Both the position numbers and the translations under genes were made by a program. From Deltaproteobacteria bacterium (lineage in GTDB: Bacteria > Myxococcota > Kuafuiibacteriia > Kuafuiibacteriales > Kuafuiibacteriaceae): a stretch of DNA of 64,000 nt. The stretch spans positions 224,001 through 288,000 of the forward strand of contig JAVJQW010000042.1 in NCBI GenBank assembly GCA_040218735.1. The letters run 5' to 3'. Shown here one piece after another: positions 56,584 through 64,000 of the stretch. How positions within the stretch are numbered: position 1 is the stretch's first letter; the number at the start of each line of letters is the position of its first letter. A model generated the notes under the pieces. It saw nothing but the letters and a program-made list of their open reading frames with translations. It was not told where the DNA came from and searched no databases.

Positions 56584-57266
56584 GCCGGCGCCTTCGGCAT
56601 CGTGTAACCGACGCCGCGCACCGTCTTCACGTAGGTCGGGTTCTTCGGATCGTCGCCGAGCTTCTTGCGGATGTGGCTGACGTGCACGTCGACGCTGCGC
56701 TCGAACGACGCGTACTCGTCGCCGCGCGCGAGCTCCATCAAACGTTCGCGCGGGATGATGCGCCCCGCGTTGGCCGCGAGCGTGCGGAGGATCTCGAACT
56801 CTGTCGTGGTGAGCTCGACGTAGGTGCCGTCGAGGTGGACCTCGCGTCGATCGACGTCGACGCGCAGCGCGCCGAGCTCGAGCAAACTGCTCGGCGCGGC
56901 GGAGGCGTCGGTGCGGCGGAGCACCGCCTGGATGCGCGCGAGGAGCTCGCGCGGGTTGAAGGGTTTGGGCATGTAGTCGTCGGCGCCGATCTCCAGCCCG
57001 ACGATGCGGTCCATCTCGTCGCCGCGTGCGGTGAGCATGATGACGGGCGTGCGCGAGAACTTGCGGAGCTCGCGCACGACCTCGAACCCGTCGAGGCCCG
57101 GCATCATCACGTCGAGGACCACGAGATCCACCGCTTCACCGCGTAGGCGCGCGAGGCCGTCTTCGCCGTCCTCGGCGGTGACCACCGCGAAGCCCCGACC
57201 TTCGAGGTACTCGGCGACGAGCGACCGCAGCCGCTCGTCGTCGTCGACGACGAGGATCTTCTTCAC
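56580..57266 (-). CDS. OmpR/CpxR-family response regulator
   Basis: VVDDD, LDVMMPGLDG, KPFNPREL, RSVDVHVSHIRKK, KTVRGVGY. Confidence 0.95.
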   Translation of the reverse strand: MKKILVVDDDERLRSLVAEYLEGRGFAVVTAEDGEDGLARLRGEAVDLVVLDVMMPGLDGFEVVRELRKFSRTPVIMLTARGDEMDRIVGLEIGADDYMPKPFNPRELLARIQAVLRRTDASAAPSSLLELGALRVDVDRREVHLDGTYVELTTTEFEILRTLAANAGRIIPRERLMELARGDEYASFERSVDVHVSHIRKKLGDDPKNPTYVKTVRGVGYTMPKAPA

Positions 57267-57277
57267 GTCTTCGCGTC

Positions 57278-57772
57278 TTACTCCCCAATGGCGCCGCGGT
57301 CACGTCGTCCGCGTCGTTCGGCGCGGCGCTCGAGACGCTTGCCGAGCTTCTCGCGCTGTTCGGGGGTGAAGGTGGCGTGCAGCTCCAGGAACTTGTCGAT
57401 CGCCGCGTGGGTCATCTTGCTCATGCGCGCGAGCATCTGGTCGGCGATGCCGTGGAGCTTCGCAGCGTCGGGGGTGGGTTTGGCGAGCTCGGTCGCGACG
57501 GCCTTCATCTGCGCCGGGCGGTCGACCTTGCCGGCCTGCATCTCTTCCTTCATCTGGTGGCGGAGGCGGACGGCCTTCACCTCCTGCTCTTCGGTGAGGT
57601 CGAGGTGTCGGACCATGCGCATCAGGCGGAAGCCGAGGCCGGGGCCGCCGCCGGGCCCGCCGCGGCGACCCTTGTGCGGGCCGGCGAGGGCGACGCCGCC
57701 GAGCGCGAGCGCGCCGACGACGGAAGCAACGATGAGGAGGTGTTTCTTGGAGGGGGAGGGGGTGCCGTTCAT
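57278..57772 (-). CDS. Spy/CpxP-like periplasmic chaperone/accessory protein
   Basis: Signal peptide, Gly-rich linker, LDLTEEQ and FTPEQRE (LTxxQ) motifs; upstream of the RR-HK pair. Confidence 0.8.
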   Translation of the reverse strand: MNGTPSPSKKHLLIVASVVGALALGGVALAGPHKGRRGGPGGGPGLGFRLMRMVRHLDLTEEQEVKAVRLRHQMKEEMQAGKVDRPAQMKAVATELAKPTPDAAKLHGIADQMLARMSKMTHAAIDKFLELHATFTPEQREKLGKRLERRAERRGRRDRGAIGE

Positions 57773-57829
57773 GACGAACATTCAACACCCAAACGCGGGC
57801 GGGAGGGGCCGAAGAAGGGCGACCGATCG

Positions 57830-58591
57830 TCAAGGTTTGTTAAGGGTCAGGATCTCCGCGCCGTCCGGTCCGACGTAGACCGTGTGCTCGGCCTGCGCCG
57901 ACAGGCTCCCGTCGTCGGTGACGACCGTCCAGTCGTCGCCGAGGACGCGGACGTCCGCGCCGCCGAGGTTCACCATGGGTTCGATCGTGAAGACCATGCC
58001 TTCGCGCAACCGCAACCCGCGGCCCGCCTTGCCGTGATGCGGGACGTGCGGCGCCTCGTGCATGGTGCGGCCGATGCCGTGCCCGCCGTAGTCGCGGACC
58101 ACGCTGCACCCCTCGCGCTCGACGAACGCCTGGATGGCGGCGCCGATGTCACCGAGCCGCGCGCCCGGGCGCACCTGCGCGATGCCGATCATGAGCGCCT
58201 CCTTCGCCACGCGGACCACGTGTTCGGCGTCCGGCGAGGGGGTCCCGACGAAGAACATGGTCGAGGTGTCTCCGCAGTAGCCGTCGAGCTCGGTGGTGCA
58301 GTCGATGTTGATGATGTCGCCGTCCTCGAGGACGACGTCGGGGGAGGGGATGCCGTGGCAGACGACGTGGTTCACGCTCGTGCAAACGGCTGCGGGGAAC
58401 CCGTGGTAGCCGAGCTGCGTGGGGCGCCCGCCCCGCGCGGCGGTGTCCTTGCGGACGAGGGTGTCGATCTGCGCCGTGGTGAGGCCGGGGCGCACCGCGG
58501 CGCCCGCCGCGTAGAGCGTCGAGGCTGCGGCGCGGCCGGCGGCGCGCAGGCGGCGTCGGGCGTCTTCGGTGTTGTGCAGCTCGATCGCCAC
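57830..58591 (-). CDS. map: Type I methionyl aminopeptidase
   Basis: [28 protein letters not shown]...HEAP, FTIEPM, SAQAEHT. Confidence 0.93.
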   Translation of the reverse strand: MAIELHNTEDARRRLRAAGRAAASTLYAAGAAVRPGLTTAQIDTLVRKDTAARGGRPTQLGYHGFPAAVCTSVNHVVCHGIPSPDVVLEDGDIINIDCTTELDGYCGDTSTMFFVGTPSPDAEHVVRVAKEALMIGIAQVRPGARLGDIGAAIQAFVEREGCSVVRDYGGHGIGRTMHEAPHVPHHGKAGRGLRLREGMVFTIEPMVNLGGADVRVLGDDWTVVTDDGSLSAQAEHTVYVGPDGAEILTLNKP

Positions 58592-58626
58592 GGGAGCAGG
58601 TTCGGCGGGCGGGCGGATGGGGTCCA

Positions 58627-58641
58627 ATACCGATGCGGTAT
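58627..58641. promoter_or_regulatory. LysR-type recognition box ATAC-N7-GTAT
   Basis: ATACCG-ATG-CGGTAT perfect inverted repeat between the divergent map and LysR-HTH genes; matches the BenM/CatR-type consensus. Confidence 0.7.
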
Positions 58642-58658
58642 CGTGTAGCTTGGAGCGC

Positions 58659-58973
58659 GTGAGCCTCGACCAGATTCGGTACTTCGTCGCCGTCGCCGAG
58701 GAGCAGAACCTCACCCGCGCCGCCGCGCGGCTTCACATCAGCCAGCCCCCGCTCACGCGACAGATTCGCGCGCTCGAAGACGAGCTCGGATCGAATCTAT
58801 TCGAGCGAACGCCCCGCGGGATGTCGTTGCTCCCCGCCGGACGGAAGTTTCTCGGACACGCACGACTCATCCTCGACGAAGTCGAGCGCGCGCGTGCCTC
58901 GGTCGGATCACTCCGTGGGGAGGACGTCGTAGAGGCGGGCGTGGATCTCGAACCGCGAGACGTCGGCGCCTAG
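58659..58973 (+). CDS. LysR-family HTH-only regulator (no effector-binding domain)
   Basis: [40 protein letters not shown]...LFER; ends after the linker helix. Confidence 0.8.
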   Translation: MSLDQIRYFVAVAEEQNLTRAAARLHISQPPLTRQIRALEDELGSNLFERTPRGMSLLPAGRKFLGHARLILDEVERARASVGSLRGEDVVEAGVDLEPRDVGA

Positions 58974-59705
58974 GGCGGCGATCGCAGCGCGGGTCGCGTC
59001 GATGTCTTCGACGCCGGTCAGGACGAGCCGGTACTTCGGCGCGATGTCACTCTTCGTGTACCCCGCGATCGTCCGGAAGAAGACGTCGTTCGGGGCCTGA
59101 GCGGTCGACAGATCCAGGATGGCCTTCGAGGCCCCCGCCGCGGCGCACTCCGCGAACAGGCGGCCCGCGATCGCGTCGATGGTGTCGGCGAGCATCGGGC
59201 CGACGATCCAACCCACGACGGCGCCCGGCACTCGGAGCACCGGCGTCGACGTTCGCAGCATCTTGTTCTGGCGCGTCTCGAGGCGCTCGGTCGTCCCGAG
59301 CGCGTGGGCGTCGGCGATGATCTTCACGAGCTCGCGGACCCGCCCCGCGAAGCGGTGGTCGGGACCGAGCACGTCAGCGAGGAGCAGCGGCTGGAGGATC
59401 GCCGCGGACGCCGGCCGCCCCTCCTGTCCGAGGCGTCGGCCGTGCATGGCGCAGAGGCGGTACAGGTCACCCTCGGCGCTGCTGTCACCTTCGGTCGCGC
59501 GCTCCAGCAGCTCCAGCCACCCGGCGAACTCCGAAGCCACGGCTTCGGCGCCGGCCATCGTGACCCGAGCGGCCGCGAGCCGCTCCAGCCAGGCGGTGAG
59601 GGTGAGGTCGTCCGTTGCCAACCCGAATACCCTGGCACGCACGACGCGCGGTTCCAAGCGGACTTGACCGGCGGCGGCCCCTGCGGCGACTTCACCGGGC
59701 GCCAT
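58908..59705 (-). CDS. Hypothetical protein with degenerate RsbR/STAS-like C-terminal domain; start uncertain
   Basis: STPVLRV...IVGPM...AILDLS...LVLTGV resembles RsbR-type STAS. Confidence 0.45.
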   Translation of the reverse strand: MAPGEVAAGAAAGQVRLEPRVVRARVFGLATDDLTLTAWLERLAAARVTMAGAEAVASEFAGWLELLERATEGDSSAEGDLYRLCAMHGRRLGQEGRPASAAILQPLLLADVLGPDHRFAGRVRELVKIIADAHALGTTERLETRQNKMLRTSTPVLRVPGAVVGWIVGPMLADTIDAIAGRLFAECAAAGASKAILDLSTAQAPNDVFFRTIAGYTKSDIAPKYRLVLTGVEDIDATRAAIAALGADVSRFEIHARLYDVLPTE

Positions 59706-60663
59706 GGGACTCGACTTCGTCTACGTGATGGACCCGATCGAGCGCATCGACATCGATGCGGACTCGACCTTCGTGCTGATGCTCGAAGCGCAAAAACGCG
59801 GGCACCGCGTGCTGTACGGGCAGATGAACCAGCTCGCGCTGAGGGGCGGGGATCCGGTCATGTCGGTGCAGCCGGCCACGCTGCAGCGCAAGCGCGGGGA
59901 CCACGTGGCGCTGGGCGAGCGGGAGACGGTGCGCCTCTCGCAGTGCGACGCGGTGTTCATGCGGAAGGACCCGCCGTTCGACGTGGACTTCCTCCTCGCG
60001 ACGCTCCTCCTGGATCGGGTCGACCACGATCGCGTGGTGATGGTGAACCGGCCGCAGACGCTACGGGACTTCAACGAGAAGCTCGCGGCGCTCTACTGGC
60101 CCGAGCTGATGCCGCCCACGATGATCAGCGCCGACCGCGCCGAGATCCGCGCCTTCATCGCCGAGCACGGGCGCGCCGTGGTGAAGCCGCTCTCCGGAGC
60201 GGGCGGGGCGGGGGTCCTGCTGCTCGAACACGGAGACCGGAACATCGGTTCGGTGCTCGACCTGTTGACCGTGGAGGGCCGGCGCCTGATCGAGGTCCAA
60301 GGGTTCATCGAGGCGGTGCAGGAGGGGGACAAGCGCGTCATCCTGCTGGAGGGCGAGCCGATCGGCGCCGTGAACCGAGTCCCGCAGAAGGGTGACCTCC
60401 GGGCGAACATGCACGTCGGCGGGTCGGCTCAGCCGACCGAATTGACGGATCGGGACCGAGAAATCGCTGCGGCGCTCGCGCCGGAAATGAAAAAGCGCGG
60501 GCTGGTGTTCGTCGGCATAGACGTCATCGGTGGGTATCTCACCGAGGTGAATGTCACGAGCCCGACGGGTCTCCAGGAGATCGATCGCTTCGATGGCGTG
60601 TGCCTCGAGGGTCAGATCATCGATTGGGTCGAGGCCAGGCACGCGGAGCTTCGCAAGGCCTAG
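59704..60663 (+). CDS. gshB: Glutathione synthetase
   Basis: VMDPIE...DST, FMRKDPPFD, NEKL, GDKRV, RANMHVGG, GIDVIGGYLTEVNVTSPTG. Confidence 0.96.
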   Translation: MGLDFVYVMDPIERIDIDADSTFVLMLEAQKRGHRVLYGQMNQLALRGGDPVMSVQPATLQRKRGDHVALGERETVRLSQCDAVFMRKDPPFDVDFLLATLLLDRVDHDRVVMVNRPQTLRDFNEKLAALYWPELMPPTMISADRAEIRAFIAEHGRAVVKPLSGAGGAGVLLLEHGDRNIGSVLDLLTVEGRRLIEVQGFIEAVQEGDKRVILLEGEPIGAVNRVPQKGDLRANMHVGGSAQPTELTDRDREIAAALAPEMKKRGLVFVGIDVIGGYLTEVNVTSPTGLQEIDRFDGVCLEGQIIDWVEARHAELRKA

Positions 60664-60727
60664 ACGCTTCGAACCACGTTCCTGACTCGCCGGGCGACGA
60701 ACTCATTGTCGCTTAGGAGGAGTCCCC

Positions 60728-62188
60728 ATGGAACGTATCGACCACAGGGTACCCGGCTTCGCGCTCGTCGCCGTCGTACTCACCACCCTGTTCTCTTGCG
60801 GATCCGCGTTCGAGGCCGAGCGCGCAGAAGCGGTGCCGGAGCTGCAGTCCGCCGTCACCCCCGCCGTGGGCGGCGGGACGCAGGGCCTCACGGCGATCGC
60901 GGACGTGTCCGAGCGCGCGGTCCGCAGCGTGGTCAACATCTCGACCACGAAGAAGGCCTCGGCGCCGCGCGCGAGCCCGTACTCCCAGGACCCGTTCTTC
61001 CAGCACTTCTTCCGTCAGCACCCGCGTCGCCAGATGCCGCAGGAGCGCCTCGAGCGCAGCCGTGGCTCGGGGGTGATCGTGCAGGCCGACGGCGTCGTGC
61101 TCACCAACAACCACGTGGTCGATGGCGCCGACGAGGTCGTCGTGACGCTGCACGACGGCCGTGAGGTCGAGGCGGAGATCGCGGGGACGGACCCGGCGAG
61201 CGACCTGGCGGTGCTTCGGCTGAAGGACGCGCCCAACGATCTGCAGGCGCTGGGTTTCGGTGACTCGGACGCGCTGCGGCTCGGTGAGGTGGTGGTTGCG
61301 ATCGGCAACCCGTTCGGCGTGGGTCAGACGGTGACGATGGGGATCGTTTCGGCGAAGGGTCGAGCGAATGTCGGAATCGTCGATTACGAAGATTTCATTC
61401 AGACCGACGCTGCGATCAATCCCGGAAACTCGGGCGGAGCTCTGCTGAATCTGAAGGGTGAGTTGGTGGGTATCAACACCGCCATTCTCAGCCGTAGCGG
61501 TGGGTACCAGGGCATTGGTTTTGCCGTGCCGTCGACGATGGCGCAGTCCATCATGTCCGACCTGCTCGACGACGGTAAGGTCGTGCGCGGGTTCCTCGGG
61601 GTGATGATTCAGGATCTCACGCCGGCTTTGGCGCGAGCGATGAAGGTCGAGGGCACGGCGGGGGTGTTGATCTCCGATGTCGTCGACGGCTCGCCGGCCG
61701 ATCGCGCGGGGCTCGAGCCCGGCGACGTGGTCGAGAAGATCGACGGCCGGCCGGTGCAGTCGGCGGCGAAGCTGCGGAACCTCGTCGCGTCGGTCGGCGC
61801 GGGGCGCACGGTGGCGATCGAGCTCAAACGGAACGGCGACGCGAAGAAGATCGACGTCGAGCTCGAGGAGAAGGCGGGCGGACAGCGCGCCTCGGCGCGA
61901 GGTGGCGACGCCTCGGACGGTATCGCGGTCGAGCCGCTCTCCGACATGCTGCGCTCCCGGTACGAGATCGACCGGCGCGTCGAGGAAGGCGTCGTCGTGA
62001 CCGCCGTGAAGCCGGGGAGCTGGGCCGCCCGCGCCGGACTCCGCCCGGGCGACGTGATCCTCGGGATCGACCAGTCCCGGATCGAGGATCCGCAGGACCT
62101 CGCGGATGCGCTGAAGGAGGCTAAGGACGAGTTCCTAGTACGCGTGCATCGCCGTGGCGGCTCGCTGTTCGTCGTCGCGAAAAAGTAG
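60728..62188 (+). CDS. DegQ/DegP (HtrA) serine endoprotease with two PDZ domains
   Basis: GSGVI, TNNHVV, DLAV, QTDAAINPGNSGG, RGFLGVMIQ, two AGLxPGDV motifs. Confidence 0.95.
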   Translation: MERIDHRVPGFALVAVVLTTLFSCGSAFEAERAEAVPELQSAVTPAVGGGTQGLTAIADVSERAVRSVVNISTTKKASAPRASPYSQDPFFQHFFRQHPRRQMPQERLERSRGSGVIVQADGVVLTNNHVVDGADEVVVTLHDGREVEAEIAGTDPASDLAVLRLKDAPNDLQALGFGDSDALRLGEVVVAIGNPFGVGQTVTMGIVSAKGRANVGIVDYEDFIQTDAAINPGNSGGALLNLKGELVGINTAILSRSGGYQGIGFAVPSTMAQSIMSDLLDDGKVVRGFLGVMIQDLTPALARAMKVEGTAGVLISDVVDGSPADRAGLEPGDVVEKIDGRPVQSAAKLRNLVASVGAGRTVAIELKRNGDAKKIDVELEEKAGGQRASARGGDASDGIAVEPLSDMLRSRYEIDRRVEEGVVVTAVKPGSWAARAGLRPGDVILGIDQSRIEDPQDLADALKEAKDEFLVRVHRRGGSLFVVAKK

Positions 62189-62404
62189 GCTGCGACGCGC
62201 TTGACGCGGGCGGAGCCGCGTCTACCCGATCGAGCGAACATCACGTGCGGGTGGAGAGTCGCCATGGTGGGACACGGTGCAACCGAGGCCGCGCGTGCCG
62301 CGGTCCCCGACATTTCCACGACGACTCGCGCCGACCCTCCGTCGCTGTCTCACCGAGCTGGAGGGGCGTGTGCGAGCGACGCACAAACCGAAGGAGGAGA
62401 GTCC

Positions 62405-63364
62405 ATGTCCAGTTTGAATACTTCACTCGCCCGCTCGACCGGGCGCCCTCGTACGCCGTTCGTCCCGGCGCGGGTCGAGACTCGGATGCGTCTCGACCCG
62501 CTCGCGATCCCCATGACGCTGCCCCTCGAGAGCACACTCGATCTTCTGTTCGAAGAAGAGGCCGACTGGGCGCTCGTCGTGAACGAGACCGAGGAGCTCG
62601 TGGGCGTCGTTGCCAGGTCGCAGGTGGAGGATGCGCTGGGGCGCGAGCCCGACGTGACGGAAGAGCTCGATGGCTACTTCGTCGAGTCGGTGTTCGTCGC
62701 CGCTGATGTGATGCAACCCTACGTTCGTGTGCTGCGGCCGTGGATGACGGCATCCGAGGCGCTCGCCCTGATGGAGGCGGAGGGGCTGGAGTTCGCACCC
62801 GTCGTCATCGAGGGTGACACTCGGGCCGCAGGAGCGGTGCACCGCTCAGACTTGGAGGACATCGTCGCGGCGTCCTCGGCCACGTGGCGATCCGAACCCC
62901 ATGGGACCTACCGGGACGGCTTCGGGATCGTGGACGAAGGCATCGCGGATGACCGGCGCGATCTCGTCCGCCGGGCGTCGAGGATCGCGGACGCTTGGCT
63001 CGGAGCGACGGCGGTGGCGGCCGATGCGCCGGGAGCCGTGACATTCGCGGCCGTGATGCTCCCGGTACTTTCTGAGTTGTACGACAAGCTCGTCGAGCAC
63101 TACTCGGATCTTCAGGAGCATGCGCTCGAGGAGATCGAGGAGGCGAGCCCGTCGCTGTCGGCGAGGATCGACGACCTGCGGCGTCGCCAGGGCGATGCGC
63201 TCGCGCATCTGTCTGGGCTCATGGGGGCGATTCGGCGGGAGCGACGCCCGAGGCAGGATCGCCTGCAGTCGATCCAGGCGCACCTCGAGGTGATCGACCG
63301 GATCGAGACGGACGAGAACGAGCTGTTCTACGTCGCGCACTACGTCGACGTTGGCGAGGTTTAG
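62405..63364 (+). CDS. CBS-pair protein with C-terminal helical (hemerythrin-like) domain
   Basis: Strong RBS AAGGAGG; LVVNETEELVGVV...AADVMQP...APVV CBS pair; C-terminal EH...HL...ENELF helices. Confidence 0.55.
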   Translation: MSSLNTSLARSTGRPRTPFVPARVETRMRLDPLAIPMTLPLESTLDLLFEEEADWALVVNETEELVGVVARSQVEDALGREPDVTEELDGYFVESVFVAADVMQPYVRVLRPWMTASEALALMEAEGLEFAPVVIEGDTRAAGAVHRSDLEDIVAASSATWRSEPHGTYRDGFGIVDEGIADDRRDLVRRASRIADAWLGATAVAADAPGAVTFAAVMLPVLSELYDKLVEHYSDLQEHALEEIEEASPSLSARIDDLRRRQGDALAHLSGLMGAIRRERRPRQDRLQSIQAHLEVIDRIETDENELFYVAHYVDVGEV

Positions 63365-63380
63365 TGCTCAACTCCGCCGG

Positions 63381-63908
63381 ATGAAGCTCCTCAAGAAGCT
63401 CCTCCTCGCCATCGTGGTCCTCGTGCTGTTGCTCGTGGGGAGCGCGTTCCTGCTCCCTGCGAAGTACGGGGTGGAGCGCAGCGTAGAGATCGCGGCGTCG
63501 CCCGAGAAGGTGTTCGACCACGTGAACCACCTCCAGAAGAACGAGGCGTGGTCGCCCTGGGCCGCCGCCGACCCGTCGATCAAGACGACGTACTCCAGCT
63601 CCGTCGCGAAGGGCGTCGGCGCTTGGTACTCGTGGACGAGCGAGAACTCGGGCGACGGCAAACTCACCATCGAGGTGAGCGAGCCGCCGAAGCGCATCGT
63701 GAACGAGCTCGACTTCATGGAGAACGGGAAAGGCAAGGGCTACTGGACCTTCGAGGCCACCAAGGCGGGCACGATCGCGACGTGGCGCATGGAGGGCGAC
63801 GCCGGTAACGACCCGGTGGGCCGCTGGTTCGGCTTCTTCATCGATGGGTTCGTGGGTCCGATGTTCGAGGACGGCCTCGCGCGCCTGAAGAAGGTCAGCG
63901 AGAGTTAG
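63381..63908 (+). CDS. SRPBCC (START/polyketide cyclase-like) family protein
   Basis: N-terminal TM, VERSVEIAASPEKVF...WSPW...FEDGLARLK. Confidence 0.88.
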   Translation: MKLLKKLLLAIVVLVLLLVGSAFLLPAKYGVERSVEIAASPEKVFDHVNHLQKNEAWSPWAAADPSIKTTYSSSVAKGVGAWYSWTSENSGDGKLTIEVSEPPKRIVNELDFMENGKGKGYWTFEATKAGTIATWRMEGDAGNDPVGRWFGFFIDGFVGPMFEDGLARLKKVSES

Positions 63909-64000
63909 TCACCAGGGGATCGTGGCGCCGTCCCAGGCGACGAAGCGTCCGTTGTCCTTGGGACCGACGCGGTCGACGATGTTCAGGAACTGCCGCGCGG
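63909..64000 (-). CDS. C-terminal fragment of an SDR oxidoreductase (CsgA/C-factor-like), truncated by the window
   Basis: Minus strand reads ...RQFLNIVDRVGPKDNGRFVAWDGATIPW*, a typical C-terminus of this SDR group. Confidence 0.65.
   Translation of the reverse strand, partial: ARQFLNIVDRVGPKDNGRFVAWDGATIPW

Noticed and set aside
55321-57772. CpxP-like/RR/HK trio as a novel system
   Set aside because: Common, well-known envelope-stress two-component arrangement.
59703-59706. Head-to-head overlapping ATGs of gshB and the minus-strand ORF
   Set aside because: Leaves no promoter space; the true start of the minus-strand gene is probably further downstream, so this is likely an ORF-caller artefact.
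1-64000. tRNA, rRNA, integrase, transposase or prophage genes
   Set aside because: No recognisable motifs found by eye; a tRNAscan/Infernal run would be needed to exclude them formally.

Overview
High-GC, gene-dense chromosomal segment whose gene content (Cys-rich repeat lipoprotein, multiheme cytochromes, FHA and PilZ proteins, iterative PKS) suggests a Myxococcota/deltaproteobacterial genome; this taxonomy is inference. Housekeeping elements include RNase P RNA (rnpB), tal, an isolated nuoL, bcp, a DksA-like gene, thpR, yghU, a Cpx-like two-component locus, map, gshB and a DegQ-type protease. Four accessory loci stand out. (1) A translationally coupled 3-gene operon at 23750-33725 (-): a 2866-aa type I PKS with the order KS-KS-AT-ACP-C45 autoproteolytic acyltransferase-KR-DH and a Thr in place of the ACP phosphopantetheine Ser, followed by a PPTase and a FabL-like trans-acting enoyl reductase. 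(2) A redox module at 39764-44979: a 2x cNMP-binding/4x[4Fe-4S]/putative heme-b membrane protein, an FHA-FHA-heptaheme cytochrome fusion and a divergent nonaheme cytochrome. (3) A lower-GC TIR-STAND NTPase-TM receptor at 35684-39745. (4) Tandem PilZ-domain paralogues coupled to a heme-oxygenase-like diiron enzyme at 45037-48995. No CRISPR array, tRNA, rRNA or transposase was seen. All assignments come from reading motifs by eye; no database searches were run.
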